This document shows, one piece after another, positions 15,965 through 25,269 of a stretch of DNA of 64,000 nucleotides; position 1 is the first letter of the stretch; each line of letters starts with the position of its first letter. Below the pieces are notes generated by a model. That model saw only the letters and a program-made list of their open reading frames with translations. It had not been told where the DNA came from and ran no database searches. The translations under genes and the position numbers were made by a program. This stretch comes from a virus (taxonomy: Duplodnaviria > Caudoviricetes): positions 11,220-75,219 of the IMG/VR virus record IMGVR_UViG_3300029288_000150. The stretch is one strand, 5' to 3'.

Positions 15965-18368
15965 ATGCAAGCTGGCCCGGAAGTACCTGATAGACTTCAC
16001 TACCTACACCTTCCGCCAGTATCAAGCCGACGCTGCCCATAGACTCCTGGCCCGTACCCTGGAACGAGTGATCGCAGGGGACTTGCAAAGGCTTATGATT
16101 TTTGCTCCGCCTCAACATGGCAAGCTGATAGCACACGAGACGCCCGTCTTGACGCCGGGCGGCTGGCGCCTGCATGGCGATCTGCGCCCCGGTGATCGTG
16201 TGTTTGGGGACAAGGGGCAGCCCGTGACCGTCCTGGCGGTCTCTGCTGAGGGAGAGGCAAATCGAGAGATTGAGTTCACGGACGGCGCAAGCATCCAGTG
16301 TCACGCTGCCCACGAGTGGGTAGTATTTGACCGGGCAGGGCACCGACCCTCAGAAGTGACCATGGAGACGGATACCATGGCCTCGCTGGGAGTATGGATA
16401 GGGGAGCAAGGCAAGCGGGGCGGGCGTGGGCGCTTCCAGGTGGACGCCAATGTCTGTGTTCACTTCGAGGAGGCCGACCTGCCCCTGCACCCGTACATTC
16501 TGGGGGCCTGGCTGGGGGACGGCACCGCTACCAAAAACTGCATAACCCATCACCCTGACGATCAACCCATCGTTGACAAAATCGAGCGCCTGGGCATGGA
16601 GCGGACATCTATTTGCACTCATCCCACAACAGGGATCTTGAGTAGCTATTTTCGCAAGTTGTACGGGGTGCTCATGGCCATGGGCTTGATGGGCCATAAG
16701 CGCATCCCCGAAACATACCTTTGCAGCTCGATTGACCAGCGTCTGGAGTTGCTGGCCGGGCTGCTGGATACGGACGGGTATGTCTACCCAAACAACGGAC
16801 GGGTCACATTCAGCACGACCGATCCCGAGTTGGTCGAGGGCGTGTCAAGACTCGTGGTAAGCCTTGGCTGGCGCGTGACCGTGAGTGAGGCAGCCCCGTT
16901 TGTGTCTACATCGGGCATAGAGGGCAAGCGGGCGGTATATCAGGTGACATTCAATCCGACCATACCGATCCCTGTGGCCCTGGAGCGCAAACAGGGCGGG
17001 CGGATCAACCCTACACGCAGGCGGCGGGCGATTCGCCAGATTCGAGAGATTGAGCCCGTGCCGGGCCGGTGCATCCAGGTTGAGGGCGAGATTTATCTCG
17101 TGGGTCCAACGCTTATCCCGACTCATAACTCGGAGCTCGTCTCCGTCCGCCTGCCGGCCTTCTGGATGGCCCACCGGCCCGACGATCCGATCATCCTGAC
17201 CAGCTACGCCGCCAGCCTGGCCTACTCGAAAAGCAGGCAGGCCCGCAACCTGGTGGAATCGGACGAATGCCGGGAGTTGTTCCCGGGCGTCAAGACAAAC
17301 CCGGGCAGCCGGGCGGTCGACCATTGGGAGTTGGCCCCGCCTCACCGCGGCGGGATGCTGGCCGCGGGCGTGGGCGGCCCCATCACCGGGCACGGGGCGG
17401 CCCTGGGGATCATCGACGATCCCTTCGAGAACTGGGCACAAGCCTACTCGGAGACCGTCCGGGCCCACGTCTGGGATTGGTACAGAACGACCTTTCGGAC
17501 GCGCATCTGGGAGGGCGGGGCCATTGTCATTATCATGACTCGCTGGCACGAGGACGATCTCTGCGGCCGGCTGCTCCTCGACCAGGGCGAGAGTTGGGAG
17601 GTCCTGCGCCTGCCGGCCCTGGGGGAGACCCAGGAGGACCGCGACCGGCGAAACCGGCGCCTGGGCATCAAGCCCGGGCAGCCCGACCCCCTGGGCCGCA
17701 AGCCCGGCGAGCCGCTTTGCCCGTCCCGCTACAGCGCGGAGGCCCTGGGGGAGTTGCGGCGGGACGTGGGCTCCCTGGCCTGGGAGGGGCAATACATGGG
17801 CAGCCCGACCCTGCCCGAGGGCAACCGCATCAAGCGGGCCTGGCTGCCCATCGTGGACGCCGCCCCGGCCAAGGCGGCCCGGGTGCGCTACTGGGACCTG
17901 GCGGGCAGCGAGTCGGACGCCGCCAAACGCACCGCCGGGATCCGCATGGCCGGCCCGGTGGATGGGGTCTATTACGTGGAGCACGCCATCACCGGCAAGT
18001 GGACCACGGGCGCCAGGAACAAGGTGATCCGCCAGGTGGCCGAGACCGACGGCAAGGCGGTCAAGATCCGCATCGAGCAGGAGCCGGGCAGCTCGGGGCT
18101 GGACACCGCCCGCGACCTGGTCAAGCTCCTGGCGGGCTTTGCCATCCGGCCCGACCGGGTGACGGGCGACAAGGACGTGCGGCTGGAGCCCTTCGCCGCT
18201 CAGGCCGAGGGCGGCAACGTCAAACTCGTCCGGGGCGACTGGAACGGGGATTACATCGAGGAGTTGTGCGCCGTGCCCACCGGCCGCTACCGCGACCAGG
18301 CCGACGCCACGGCGGGCGCGTTCAACGAGTTGAGCCGCACCGGCTGGGTGCGGGGCGCGTCGGGATAG
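15900..18368 (+). CDS. terL: Terminase large subunit with intein
   Basis: IFAPPQHGK/SEL Walker A split by intein, GIIDDP Walker B, IMTRWHEDD, nuclease RYWDLA, IEQEPGSSG, DQADA; start position uncertain. Confidence 0.92.
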   Translation: MTNCEISSDLWTDLKEKAAEARCKLARKYLIDFTTYTFRQYQADAAHRLLARTLERVIAGDLQRLMIFAPPQHGKLIAHETPVLTPGGWRLHGDLRPGDRVFGDKGQPVTVLAVSAEGEANREIEFTDGASIQCHAAHEWVVFDRAGHRPSEVTMETDTMASLGVWIGEQGKRGGRGRFQVDANVCVHFEEADLPLHPYILGAWLGDGTATKNCITHHPDDQPIVDKIERLGMERTSICTHPTTGILSSYFRKLYGVLMAMGLMGHKRIPETYLCSSIDQRLELLAGLLDTDGYVYPNNGRVTFSTTDPELVEGVSRLVVSLGWRVTVSEAAPFVSTSGIEGKRAVYQVTFNPTIPIPVALERKQGGRINPTRRRRAIRQIREIEPVPGRCIQVEGEIYLVGPTLIPTHNSELVSVRLPAFWMAHRPDDPIILTSYAASLAYSKSRQARNLVESDECRELFPGVKTNPGSRAVDHWELAPPHRGGMLAAGVGGPITGHGAALGIIDDPFENWAQAYSETVRAHVWDWYRTTFRTRIWEGGAIVIIMTRWHEDDLCGRLLLDQGESWEVLRLPALGETQEDRDRRNRRLGIKPGQPDPLGRKPGEPLCPSRYSAEALGELRRDVGSLAWEGQYMGSPTLPEGNRIKRAWLPIVDAAPAKAARVRYWDLAGSESDAAKRTAGIRMAGPVDGVYYVEHAITGKWTTGARNKVIRQVAETDGKAVKIRIEQEPGSSGLDTARDLVKLLAGFAIRPDRVTGDKDVRLEPFAAQAEGGNVKLVRGDWNGDYIEELCAVPTGRYRDQADATAGAFNELSRTGWVRGASG
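16125..17129 (+). mobile_element. Class-3-like intein with LAGLIDADG homing endonuclease (335 aa)
   Basis: Begins LIAHETPVLTPGGW after HGK, block B HAAHEW, LAGLIDADG motifs LGAWLGDG and LAGLLDTDG, block F RCIQV, ends PTHN followed by Ser; lower GC by eye. Confidence 0.88.
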
Positions 18369-18378
18369 GAGGAGACTG

Positions 18379-20085
18379 ATGGACCAGGAAACCAGGCAGG
18401 CCCTGGAGGCGGCCGAGGGGGCCGTCGAGCGGGCCCAGGAGAAACTATACTCGAAACAACCCCGCTTCGCCGGGGATCCCGGGCGGTTCTTCGGCGCCGT
18501 CTATCGCTGGGTCAAAGCGGCCGAGATCGAGGCCCCGCCCTACAAGGCCGACTCCCGCACCCGGGACGCCTGGCTCCGCCGTTTCTGGCACCAGGAGCCC
18601 CACCTGGCCGGCGTGCTGAATTCGGTTGTCGGCCTGGACAAAAACCGGGGGTGGGCCCTGACGGGCGGCCGGAACCAGGTGTACCGCTACACCAAAATCC
18701 TGCACGCCTACGAACGGGGCAAGGGCTGGCGGTACGGCCTGGGGCAGACGGCCCTGTCGTTCTACGCCGCCGACGCCGGCGGCATCGTCGAGTTGGGCCG
18801 CGAGGGGCGGGGCGGCCCGCTCCGGGCCCTGTACCACGTCGACCCCGCCCGCTGCCGGCTGACGGCCGACGGCCTGGAGTTTCGCCCGCCCACGGGCAAA
18901 ACCCAGGAGTGGGCCGACGGCGAGGACTTTTTCCGGTGCGCCCCCCTGCCGTCCACTGACGAGACCATGAACGGCCTGGGCTTCTGCGCCGTGTCCCGGT
19001 GCCTGGAGATCGCCAAGCTCCTCCTGGCCATGATGTGGCACGACCAGGAGCAGATGGGCGCCCGGGCGCCGCGGGGGCTGCTGCTCCTCAAGGGCATCTC
19101 GGAAAAGCAGTGGGACGACGCCATGGCCGCCCGCGACGAGGCTCTGACGAGCATGGAGCGGGTCTACTATGGCGGCGTAGCCGTGCTGGCCAGTGAGGGC
19201 CTGGACCAGATCGAGGCCCAACTCGTGGCCCTGTCGCAGCTGCCGGCCAACTTTGACCAGAAGACCTTTACCGACCTGATGATGTTCGCCTATGCCCTGT
19301 GCTTCGGCTACGACCCCTCCGAGTTCTGGCCCGTCCAGTTCGGGGCCCTGGGGCGGGGCAACGAGGCCGAGACCCAGAGCCGCAAGGCGTCCTCAAAGGG
19401 CGGGTTGGACTTTACCCTGTCCTTCCAGGAGCAACTGCAATCCGACGCCGTGCTGCCCGAGACCCTGCAATTTGAGTTTGACTCCCGGGACCTGGCCGGC
19501 GACCTCCAGGAGGCCGAGGTGGCGGCCGCCTGGGCCGGGGTGGCGGCGGCGCTGCCCCTGCCCGACGAGCTCCGCCTGCAGTTCCTGGTGGACCATGGCG
19601 TCATCCCGCCGGAGTGGACCGAGGCGATCGAGGACATCCAGGCCGAGGACACCGAATCCCCCGACGAGGCCCAGGAGTCGCAGGAGGCTGCCCAGCAGGC
19701 CAAGCAGGCGGGCAAGGCCCAGCAGGAGGACGAGGAGGCCCTGGAGAGCGAGCGGGTGCGCCGGGCCATGGCCGAGTTTCCCGGGGAGGACATCGTCCGG
19801 CACCACTGGACGCCGGCCCGCCCCCAGGGCGTGACGCGCTGCCTGTGGCGGCCGGGGACCCGGCGGCGGTGGCAGGTAGCCCGGGCCGTGGCCCGCCAGG
19901 AGGAGCCGGGGGCGGTGCTGTACGCCGACCCCGACGGGGACTTTACCATCACCGAGGCCGACGTCGACCGGGCCATCGCCGAGGGCCGCAGGCGGCTGGG
20001 GGCGGAGTATGGCGAGCTCCTCGAGGGGGAGCCGCTGACGGCCGGGGAACCGGCCGAGACAGAAGGGGAGGCAACGACCGAATGA
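18379..20085 (+). CDS. Portal protein (probable)
   Basis: Directly follows terL; size and motifs LYHVDPARC, GLGFCAVSRCL, APRGLLLL, YALCFGYDP consistent with portal fold. Confidence 0.7.
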   Translation: MDQETRQALEAAEGAVERAQEKLYSKQPRFAGDPGRFFGAVYRWVKAAEIEAPPYKADSRTRDAWLRRFWHQEPHLAGVLNSVVGLDKNRGWALTGGRNQVYRYTKILHAYERGKGWRYGLGQTALSFYAADAGGIVELGREGRGGPLRALYHVDPARCRLTADGLEFRPPTGKTQEWADGEDFFRCAPLPSTDETMNGLGFCAVSRCLEIAKLLLAMMWHDQEQMGARAPRGLLLLKGISEKQWDDAMAARDEALTSMERVYYGGVAVLASEGLDQIEAQLVALSQLPANFDQKTFTDLMMFAYALCFGYDPSEFWPVQFGALGRGNEAETQSRKASSKGGLDFTLSFQEQLQSDAVLPETLQFEFDSRDLAGDLQEAEVAAAWAGVAAALPLPDELRLQFLVDHGVIPPEWTEAIEDIQAEDTESPDEAQESQEAAQQAKQAGKAQQEDEEALESERVRRAMAEFPGEDIVRHHWTPARPQGVTRCLWRPGTRRRWQVARAVARQEEPGAVLYADPDGDFTITEADVDRAIAEGRRRLGAEYGELLEGEPLTAGEPAETEGEATTE

Positions 20086-20453
20086 GCGAGCAGACAGAAC
20101 GCGAGCAGCCGGCCCAGGAGCCGGGCGGGGATGGAGTCCAGGGGCAGCCCGGCCCCACCCGCGAGCAGATCTTTGCCGTGATCGCCGGGGTGCCCCTGCC
20201 CGACGGGAGCGGGATGCAATTCCAGCTTCGCCTGGGCCCCGGGGTGGCCGGCCCGCTGGACTTTTGCCTCATGGTCGCCCAGATGGCCCTGGGGAACGCG
20301 GCCAAGATGCGCCAACAGGAGCAGGCGGCCGAGAGCCCGATCCAGGTGCCCCGCATCGCCCTGCCGCCCTCGTTCGATCCGCGGGGCGGGGCGCCGGGCC
20401 CCACCCGCCCCGGCGCTGTCCCTCGTTCCCGGGGCAAGGGGCGGGGCCGATGA
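20082..20453 (+). CDS. Hypothetical protein
   Basis: ATGA overlap with portal stop, GGAGG RBS. Confidence 0.5.
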   Translation: MSEQTEREQPAQEPGGDGVQGQPGPTREQIFAVIAGVPLPDGSGMQFQLRLGPGVAGPLDFCLMVAQMALGNAAKMRQQEQAAESPIQVPRIALPPSFDPRGGAPGPTRPGAVPRSRGKGRGR

Positions 20454-20857
20454 GCGAGCAGGAGACCCAGGCCGGCGCGTGGGCCCTGGACCCACGCGTG
20501 GGTCCAGGGTGGGCAGAGGCGGAGCGGCAACGCATCCTGCGGACCGGGGCCGCCATCCGGGCCGAGATCGGGGCCGCCCACGGGGAGGCCATCGACGCCA
20601 TTGGCGCCCGGCACAGGGCCGCCATAGAGGATGCCCTGGCGGCATTGCGGGCACAGCTCGACAGGCTGCGCGTCGAGCACCACAAGGACCTGGAGCGGCA
20701 AGGCGCGGTCCTGACGCAGGCCCTGGCCGGGGCCCAGCAGGACCTGGCCCGTATCTTCTTTGTAGAGGCCGGGGAGGAGCCGCCGGACCTGGACGGGTTG
20801 CTGGCCGGCCTGGCGCGGGGCCGGGCTGCCTACGAACGGGCAGAGGAGGGGGTCTAG
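20450..20857 (+). CDS. Hypothetical helical protein
   Basis: ATGA overlap; contains 26-bp palindrome. Confidence 0.55.
   Translation: MSEQETQAGAWALDPRVGPGWAEAERQRILRTGAAIRAEIGAAHGEAIDAIGARHRAAIEDALAALRAQLDRLRVEHHKDLERQGAVLTQALAGAQQDLARIFFVEAGEEPPDLDGLLAGLARGRAAYERAEEGV
20484..20509. repeat. 26-bp perfect palindrome, copy 1
   Basis: CCCTGGACCCACGCGTGGGTCCAGGG, identical at 37126-37151. Confidence 0.9.
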
Positions 20858-20858
20858 G

Positions 20859-21509
20859 ATGACCGGGGCACGCGCTCCTGAGACCGGCCGCCGGGTGCTC
20901 GTCCTGGCGCCGCACACAGACGACGGGGAGTTGGGGGCCGGGGCGACGGTCGCCCGCCTCGTTGAGGAGGGGGGCCGCGTCTGTATCCTGGCCTTCTCGA
21001 CGGGCCACCCCAGCCGGGGGTCGACGCACGAGGAGGCCCTGGCGGCGGCGGCGGCGCTGGGCGTCGCCGAGCCCGGGGGGCGCGTCCACTTCTGCAACCT
21101 GGAGGCCCGCCGCTTTCCCGAGCGGCGCCAGGAGATCCTGGAGGCCATGATCTGGGCAAGGGGGGCCTGGGAGCCCGACCTGGTATTCTGCCCGTCCAGC
21201 TTCGACCGCCACCAGGACCACCAGGCCGTCCACGCCGAGGCGATCCGGGCATTCCCCCGGGTAACGCTCCTGGGCTATGAGCTGCCCTGGGGCTGCCGGG
21301 GCTTCCACGCCACCTGCCTGTGGCCCGTCGAGCGGGGCCACGTCGAGGCGAAACTCCGGGCGCTGGCCTGCTACCAGAGCCAGGCACGGTATGCCTACGT
21401 ACAGCCCGCGGCGATCTGGGGGCTGGCAACCGTGCGCGGCCTGGGCCTGGGGCTGGATGGCCAGGGCTACGCGGAAGGGTACGAGGTGCTGCAATGGGTG
21501 AGCAAGTAA
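20859..21509 (+). CDS. PIG-L/LmbE family N-deacetylase
   Basis: LVLAPHTDDGELGAGAT and HQDH motifs. Confidence 0.9.
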   Translation: MTGARAPETGRRVLVLAPHTDDGELGAGATVARLVEEGGRVCILAFSTGHPSRGSTHEEALAAAAALGVAEPGGRVHFCNLEARRFPERRQEILEAMIWARGAWEPDLVFCPSSFDRHQDHQAVHAEAIRAFPRVTLLGYELPWGCRGFHATCLWPVERGHVEAKLRALACYQSQARYAYVQPAAIWGLATVRGLGLGLDGQGYAEGYEVLQWVSK

Positions 21510-23041
21510 GAGTCGGCCTTATCGGCTGCGGGGCCTGGGGGAAAAACATCCTCCGCAACCTGCTAACCCTGCCCGGGGTGGATCTGGCCTGGGTGTGCGA
21601 TCCCAACCCGGACGGCAACGAGAGGGCGGCCGCCATGCTCCAGGCGGCGGCCGCCGATACCACGGTGTATATGTCCCCGCCGCCCCTGTGCGGGGTGGAC
21701 GCCGTGTGCATCGCTACCCCGCCCGCGACCCACTACGACCTGGCCCTGGCGGCGGTGCGGGCCGGGGCCCACGTCTTTGTCGAGAAGCCGCTGACCCTGC
21801 ACATGGACGCCGGGGAGCACCTGGCCTGGGAGGCCCAGGCGGCCGGGCGGGTGCTGATGACCGGCCACCTCCTGCGCTACCATCCGGCGTTCGTCAAGCT
21901 GCTGGCCATGGTCGACGCCGGGGAGTTGGGCCGGCTGGAGTACGTCTACTCCAACCGCCTGAACCTGGGGCGGGTGCGGCCCCGGGAGTCGGTCCTGTGG
22001 TCGTTCGCCCCGCACGACGTGTCGATGATCCTGGCGCTGGCCGGGGACCGGCTGCCCGCCCGCGTCCAGGCCCAGGGCGCCGCCTACCTGCAGGCCGGGG
22101 TGCCGGACGTGACCACGACGCTCATGGACTGGGGGCCCGACGATCTCCGGGCGCACATCTTTGTAAGCTGGCTCAACCCGCTCAAGGAGCAGCGCCTGGT
22201 CGTCGTCGGGGAGCGGGGCATGGTCGAGTTTCGGGACGATGGCCTGGCCCCCCGGCTCATCCACTGGCCCTACCGGGTGGAACGGGTTGGCGCCGGCCGG
22301 GATGCGCCGCGGCCCGTCGCCGGGCAGCCCGTCGCCCTGGACGTGCCCCACGAAGAGCCCCTGGCGGCGGAGCTGGCCCACTTCCTGGCCTGCTGCCGGG
22401 GGGAGGCCGAGCCCCTGACGGGGCCTGCGGAGGCGTTGCGGGTTTTGCGGGTTTTGGCCGCCGCCCAGGAGTCCCTGGAGGTGGGCTGCCCGGTGCGCCT
22501 CGGCGGGGAGCCCTGGCCAGCGCGGGGCCCGGCGCCCGACGCGCCCCGCGGCCAGGACGAGGAGGGCCCGGGGGCCGGCTGGTGGGCCCATCCCCTGGCC
22601 GACGTCGAGGCGGGGGCGGAGATCGGGGCCGGGACAAAAATCTGGCGCTGGACGCACGTCCAGGCCGGCGCCCGCATCGGCCGGGATTGCATGATCGCCC
22701 AGGGCTGCTACGTGGCCCCCGGGGCGGTTATCGGCGACGGCTGCCGCATCCAGAATGGGGTAAGCATCTTCCAGGGGGTGATCCTGGAGGCGGGGGTCTT
22801 TGTCGGCCCCCACGCCGTCTTTACCAACGTCCGCCGGCCGAAAGCGGGCGAGCGCGGCGACTTCGAGGAGACCCGCATCTGCACAGGGGCGGCCATCGGG
22901 GCCAATGCCACGGTACGCTGTGGTGTGACCATCGGTCAGGGGGCCATGGTGGGCGCCGGGGCCGTCGTGACCCGCGACGTGCCGCCGTGGGCCACCGTCG
23001 TGGGCAATCCGGCCCGCATCTGGGACATACAGGAGGAATAG
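21494..23041 (+). CDS. Gfo/Idh/MocA oxidoreductase fused to hexapeptide N-acetyltransferase (WlbA-WlbB / WbpB-WbpD-like)
   Basis: VGLIGCGAWG, VFVEKP, SFAPHD; C-terminal AHPLADVEAGAEIGAGTKIW...IQNGVSIFQGVILE...VFTN hexapeptide repeats. Confidence 0.85.
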   Translation: MGEQVRVGLIGCGAWGKNILRNLLTLPGVDLAWVCDPNPDGNERAAAMLQAAAADTTVYMSPPPLCGVDAVCIATPPATHYDLALAAVRAGAHVFVEKPLTLHMDAGEHLAWEAQAAGRVLMTGHLLRYHPAFVKLLAMVDAGELGRLEYVYSNRLNLGRVRPRESVLWSFAPHDVSMILALAGDRLPARVQAQGAAYLQAGVPDVTTTLMDWGPDDLRAHIFVSWLNPLKEQRLVVVGERGMVEFRDDGLAPRLIHWPYRVERVGAGRDAPRPVAGQPVALDVPHEEPLAAELAHFLACCRGEAEPLTGPAEALRVLRVLAAAQESLEVGCPVRLGGEPWPARGPAPDAPRGQDEEGPGAGWWAHPLADVEAGAEIGAGTKIWRWTHVQAGARIGRDCMIAQGCYVAPGAVIGDGCRIQNGVSIFQGVILEAGVFVGPHAVFTNVRRPKAGERGDFEETRICTGAAIGANATVRCGVTIGQGAMVGAGAVVTRDVPPWATVVGNPARIWDIQEE

Positions 23042-23042
23042 C

Positions 23043-23849
23043 ATGGCCAAGGACAAGGAATACCAACTGACATCTACCGAACTCGCCCAGCGGGTGACAA
23101 CCCCGCTGCGCGGCGCCGCCGGCCTGAGCATCATCGGGCCCGACGGCAAGCCCTGGACGCTGGCGGAGCTATCCGCCTGGTGGGGGGCCGAGATCGAGGT
23201 CGTCGAGCCGGAGCCCCACGCCCAGGCGGCCTACATGGTCCGCGCCCACGAGTTGCGCGTGGCCGACGGCCCGGCGACGCAGATCGTCCGGGTCATCGAC
23301 CAACACGGCAACCCCATCGATCGGGCGGCCGTCTGTCGCTGGTGGACCGACGCGCCCCACCTGCCCGCGCTGCCCGCCGGCTGCTATGCGTCCTACCTCC
23401 GGCCCCAGGCCGTGGTGGGCGAGACCAACGCCGGCGGCGACGTGGGCTTCGGCATGGGCAAGGGCGATATGCCCGGCAGCTCGGGCGTCTGGGTGGCCAA
23501 CTGCCAGGCGCCGAGCGGGGGCGTGTTCGGCCTGGGGTGGAAGCCGTTCACCAACCACGCCGCCGTGGTCGTCACCTTCCAGGTCCTGCCCGTCGGCGGC
23601 GGGCCGGTCGTGCCCCCGCCCGAGCCGGTCGATACCGATCTGGAGGAGATCCGCCGCCGGGCCGAGACCGCCGTCCAGGTGCTGACCCTGGCCGAGGGGC
23701 TGGGCGGGGAGACGCGGGACGCGATCCAGGTCGCCCGCGCCCGCCTGGATGCCGCGGAGCAGCGGCTGGTCAACGCCCTGACCGGCGTCAAGTCGGCCCT
23801 GGAACTGGCCCAGGAGATCCAGATCCTGGCCGAGCCGGGGGAGGGGTAG
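23043..23849 (+). CDS. Hypothetical protein (beta-rich N-domain, helical C-tail)
   Basis: GGAGG RBS; inserted between sugar-pathway genes. Confidence 0.7.
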   Translation: MAKDKEYQLTSTELAQRVTTPLRGAAGLSIIGPDGKPWTLAELSAWWGAEIEVVEPEPHAQAAYMVRAHELRVADGPATQIVRVIDQHGNPIDRAAVCRWWTDAPHLPALPAGCYASYLRPQAVVGETNAGGDVGFGMGKGDMPGSSGVWVANCQAPSGGVFGLGWKPFTNHAAVVVTFQVLPVGGGPVVPPPEPVDTDLEEIRRRAETAVQVLTLAEGLGGETRDAIQVARARLDAAEQRLVNALTGVKSALELAQEIQILAEPGEG

Positions 23850-23852
23850 GCC

Positions 23853-24998
23853 GTGGACGACATCCTGCCCGGAACCCCCATCCCGCCCCTGGACCTGGCG
23901 GCGCAATACCGCCAGTGCCGGGAGGCCGTCGACGCCGCCGCCCTGCGGGTGCTCGCCTCGGGGCGGTACGTCCTGGGCGACGAGGTCAAGGCCCTGGAGG
24001 CGGAGGTGGCCCACATCTGCGGCACGGCCGATGCCCTGGGGGTCGCCTCGGGCACCGACGCCCTGCTGCTGGCGCTGCTGGCGGCGGGCGTTGGGCCGGG
24101 GGACGAGGTCATCACCTCCGCCTTTTCCTTTATCGCCACGGCGGCGGCCATCTCGCGCACGGGCGCCCGGCCGGTCTTTGCCGACATCGAGCCCGAGACG
24201 TTCAACCTGGACCCGGCGGCCGTCGAGGCGGCGGTCACGCCCCGGACGCGGGCCATCGTGCCCGTCCACGTCTTCGGGCAAATGGCGGACGTGTCCTGGC
24301 TGGGCGACGTGGCCCGCGATCACGGCCTGCTCATCGTCGAGGATGCCTGCCAGGCCCTGGGGGCCACCTGGGGCGGGCGGGCGCCGGGGGCCACGAGCGC
24401 GGCGGCCTGTTTCTCGTTCTACCCCACCAAGAACCTGGGTGCGGCGGGGGACGGGGGGATGGTCGTCACCAACGACCCGGACCTGGCCGACCGGGTGGAC
24501 GTCCTCCGCCGCCAGGGCTGCCGGCAAAAGTACCACGCCGAGGCCCTGGGGTTCAATAGCCGGCTGGACGAGCTGCAGGCGGCCATCTTGCGGGCCAAGC
24601 TGCCCTGGCTGGCCGACTGGACCCTGCGGCGGCGGTGGCTGGCGGCCATCTACCGCCGGGGGCTCTCGGGCCTGCGGGCGGTCGAGGCCCCGGCGGAGAC
24701 CCTCGGGGCCGTCCACGTCTACCACCAATTCACCGTCCGGGTCACCGGGGAGGGCCGGCGCGACGGGCTCCTGGCCCACCTCCAGGCCCAGGGCATCGGG
24801 GCGGGGGTCTACTACCCGGAGCCCATCCACCGGCAGGCGCTGTACTCCCGAGAGTACGCCGGCGTCCACCTGCCCGAGACGGAGCGGGCCTGCCGGGAGG
24901 TGCTGTCCCTGCCCATGTATCCCGAGCTGGCCGAGCGCCAGGTGCGGGCCGTGTGCCGCGAGGTGCGGGCGTACCTGGAGGGGGCGGGCGATGGGTGA
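23853..24998 (+). CDS. DegT/DnrJ/EryC1/StrS PLP aminotransferase (WlbC/WbpE-like)
   Basis: VASGTDAL, VHVFGQ, IVEDACQA, FSFYPTKNLGAAGDGG, NSRLDELQA, LSLPMYP. Confidence 0.93.
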   Translation: MDDILPGTPIPPLDLAAQYRQCREAVDAAALRVLASGRYVLGDEVKALEAEVAHICGTADALGVASGTDALLLALLAAGVGPGDEVITSAFSFIATAAAISRTGARPVFADIEPETFNLDPAAVEAAVTPRTRAIVPVHVFGQMADVSWLGDVARDHGLLIVEDACQALGATWGGRAPGATSAAACFSFYPTKNLGAAGDGGMVVTNDPDLADRVDVLRRQGCRQKYHAEALGFNSRLDELQAAILRAKLPWLADWTLRRRWLAAIYRRGLSGLRAVEAPAETLGAVHVYHQFTVRVTGEGRRDGLLAHLQAQGIGAGVYYPEPIHRQALYSREYAGVHLPETERACREVLSLPMYPELAERQVRAVCREVRAYLEGAGDG

Positions 24999-25269
24999 GG
25001 AACTAGACCCGATCATGGCAGCCTTCCTAAAGTCTATGCAGAGGTCGAGCGACTATATCCTGGGCAGCCTGGGGATCAGGGTAGACCTGGGAGAGATTTC
25101 AGAGTACAAGCGTTATGCCCGGCTGCGCGACCGCCTGGGGCGCATGACTCGCTTTCGGCGCTGGTTATCCTGGCAGCTGCGGGATGAACTCCTTTACAGG
25201 GAAGCGATGGCCCATCAAGCGGTCTTTCATGCAATCCTGGAGAAGGGGCAGGAGGTACTCCATGCCTGA
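24991..25269 (+). CDS. Hypothetical protein
   Basis: Overlap-coupled 92 aa ORF. Confidence 0.55.
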   Translation: MGEELDPIMAAFLKSMQRSSDYILGSLGIRVDLGEISEYKRYARLRDRLGRMTRFRRWLSWQLRDELLYREAMAHQAVFHAILEKGQEVLHA

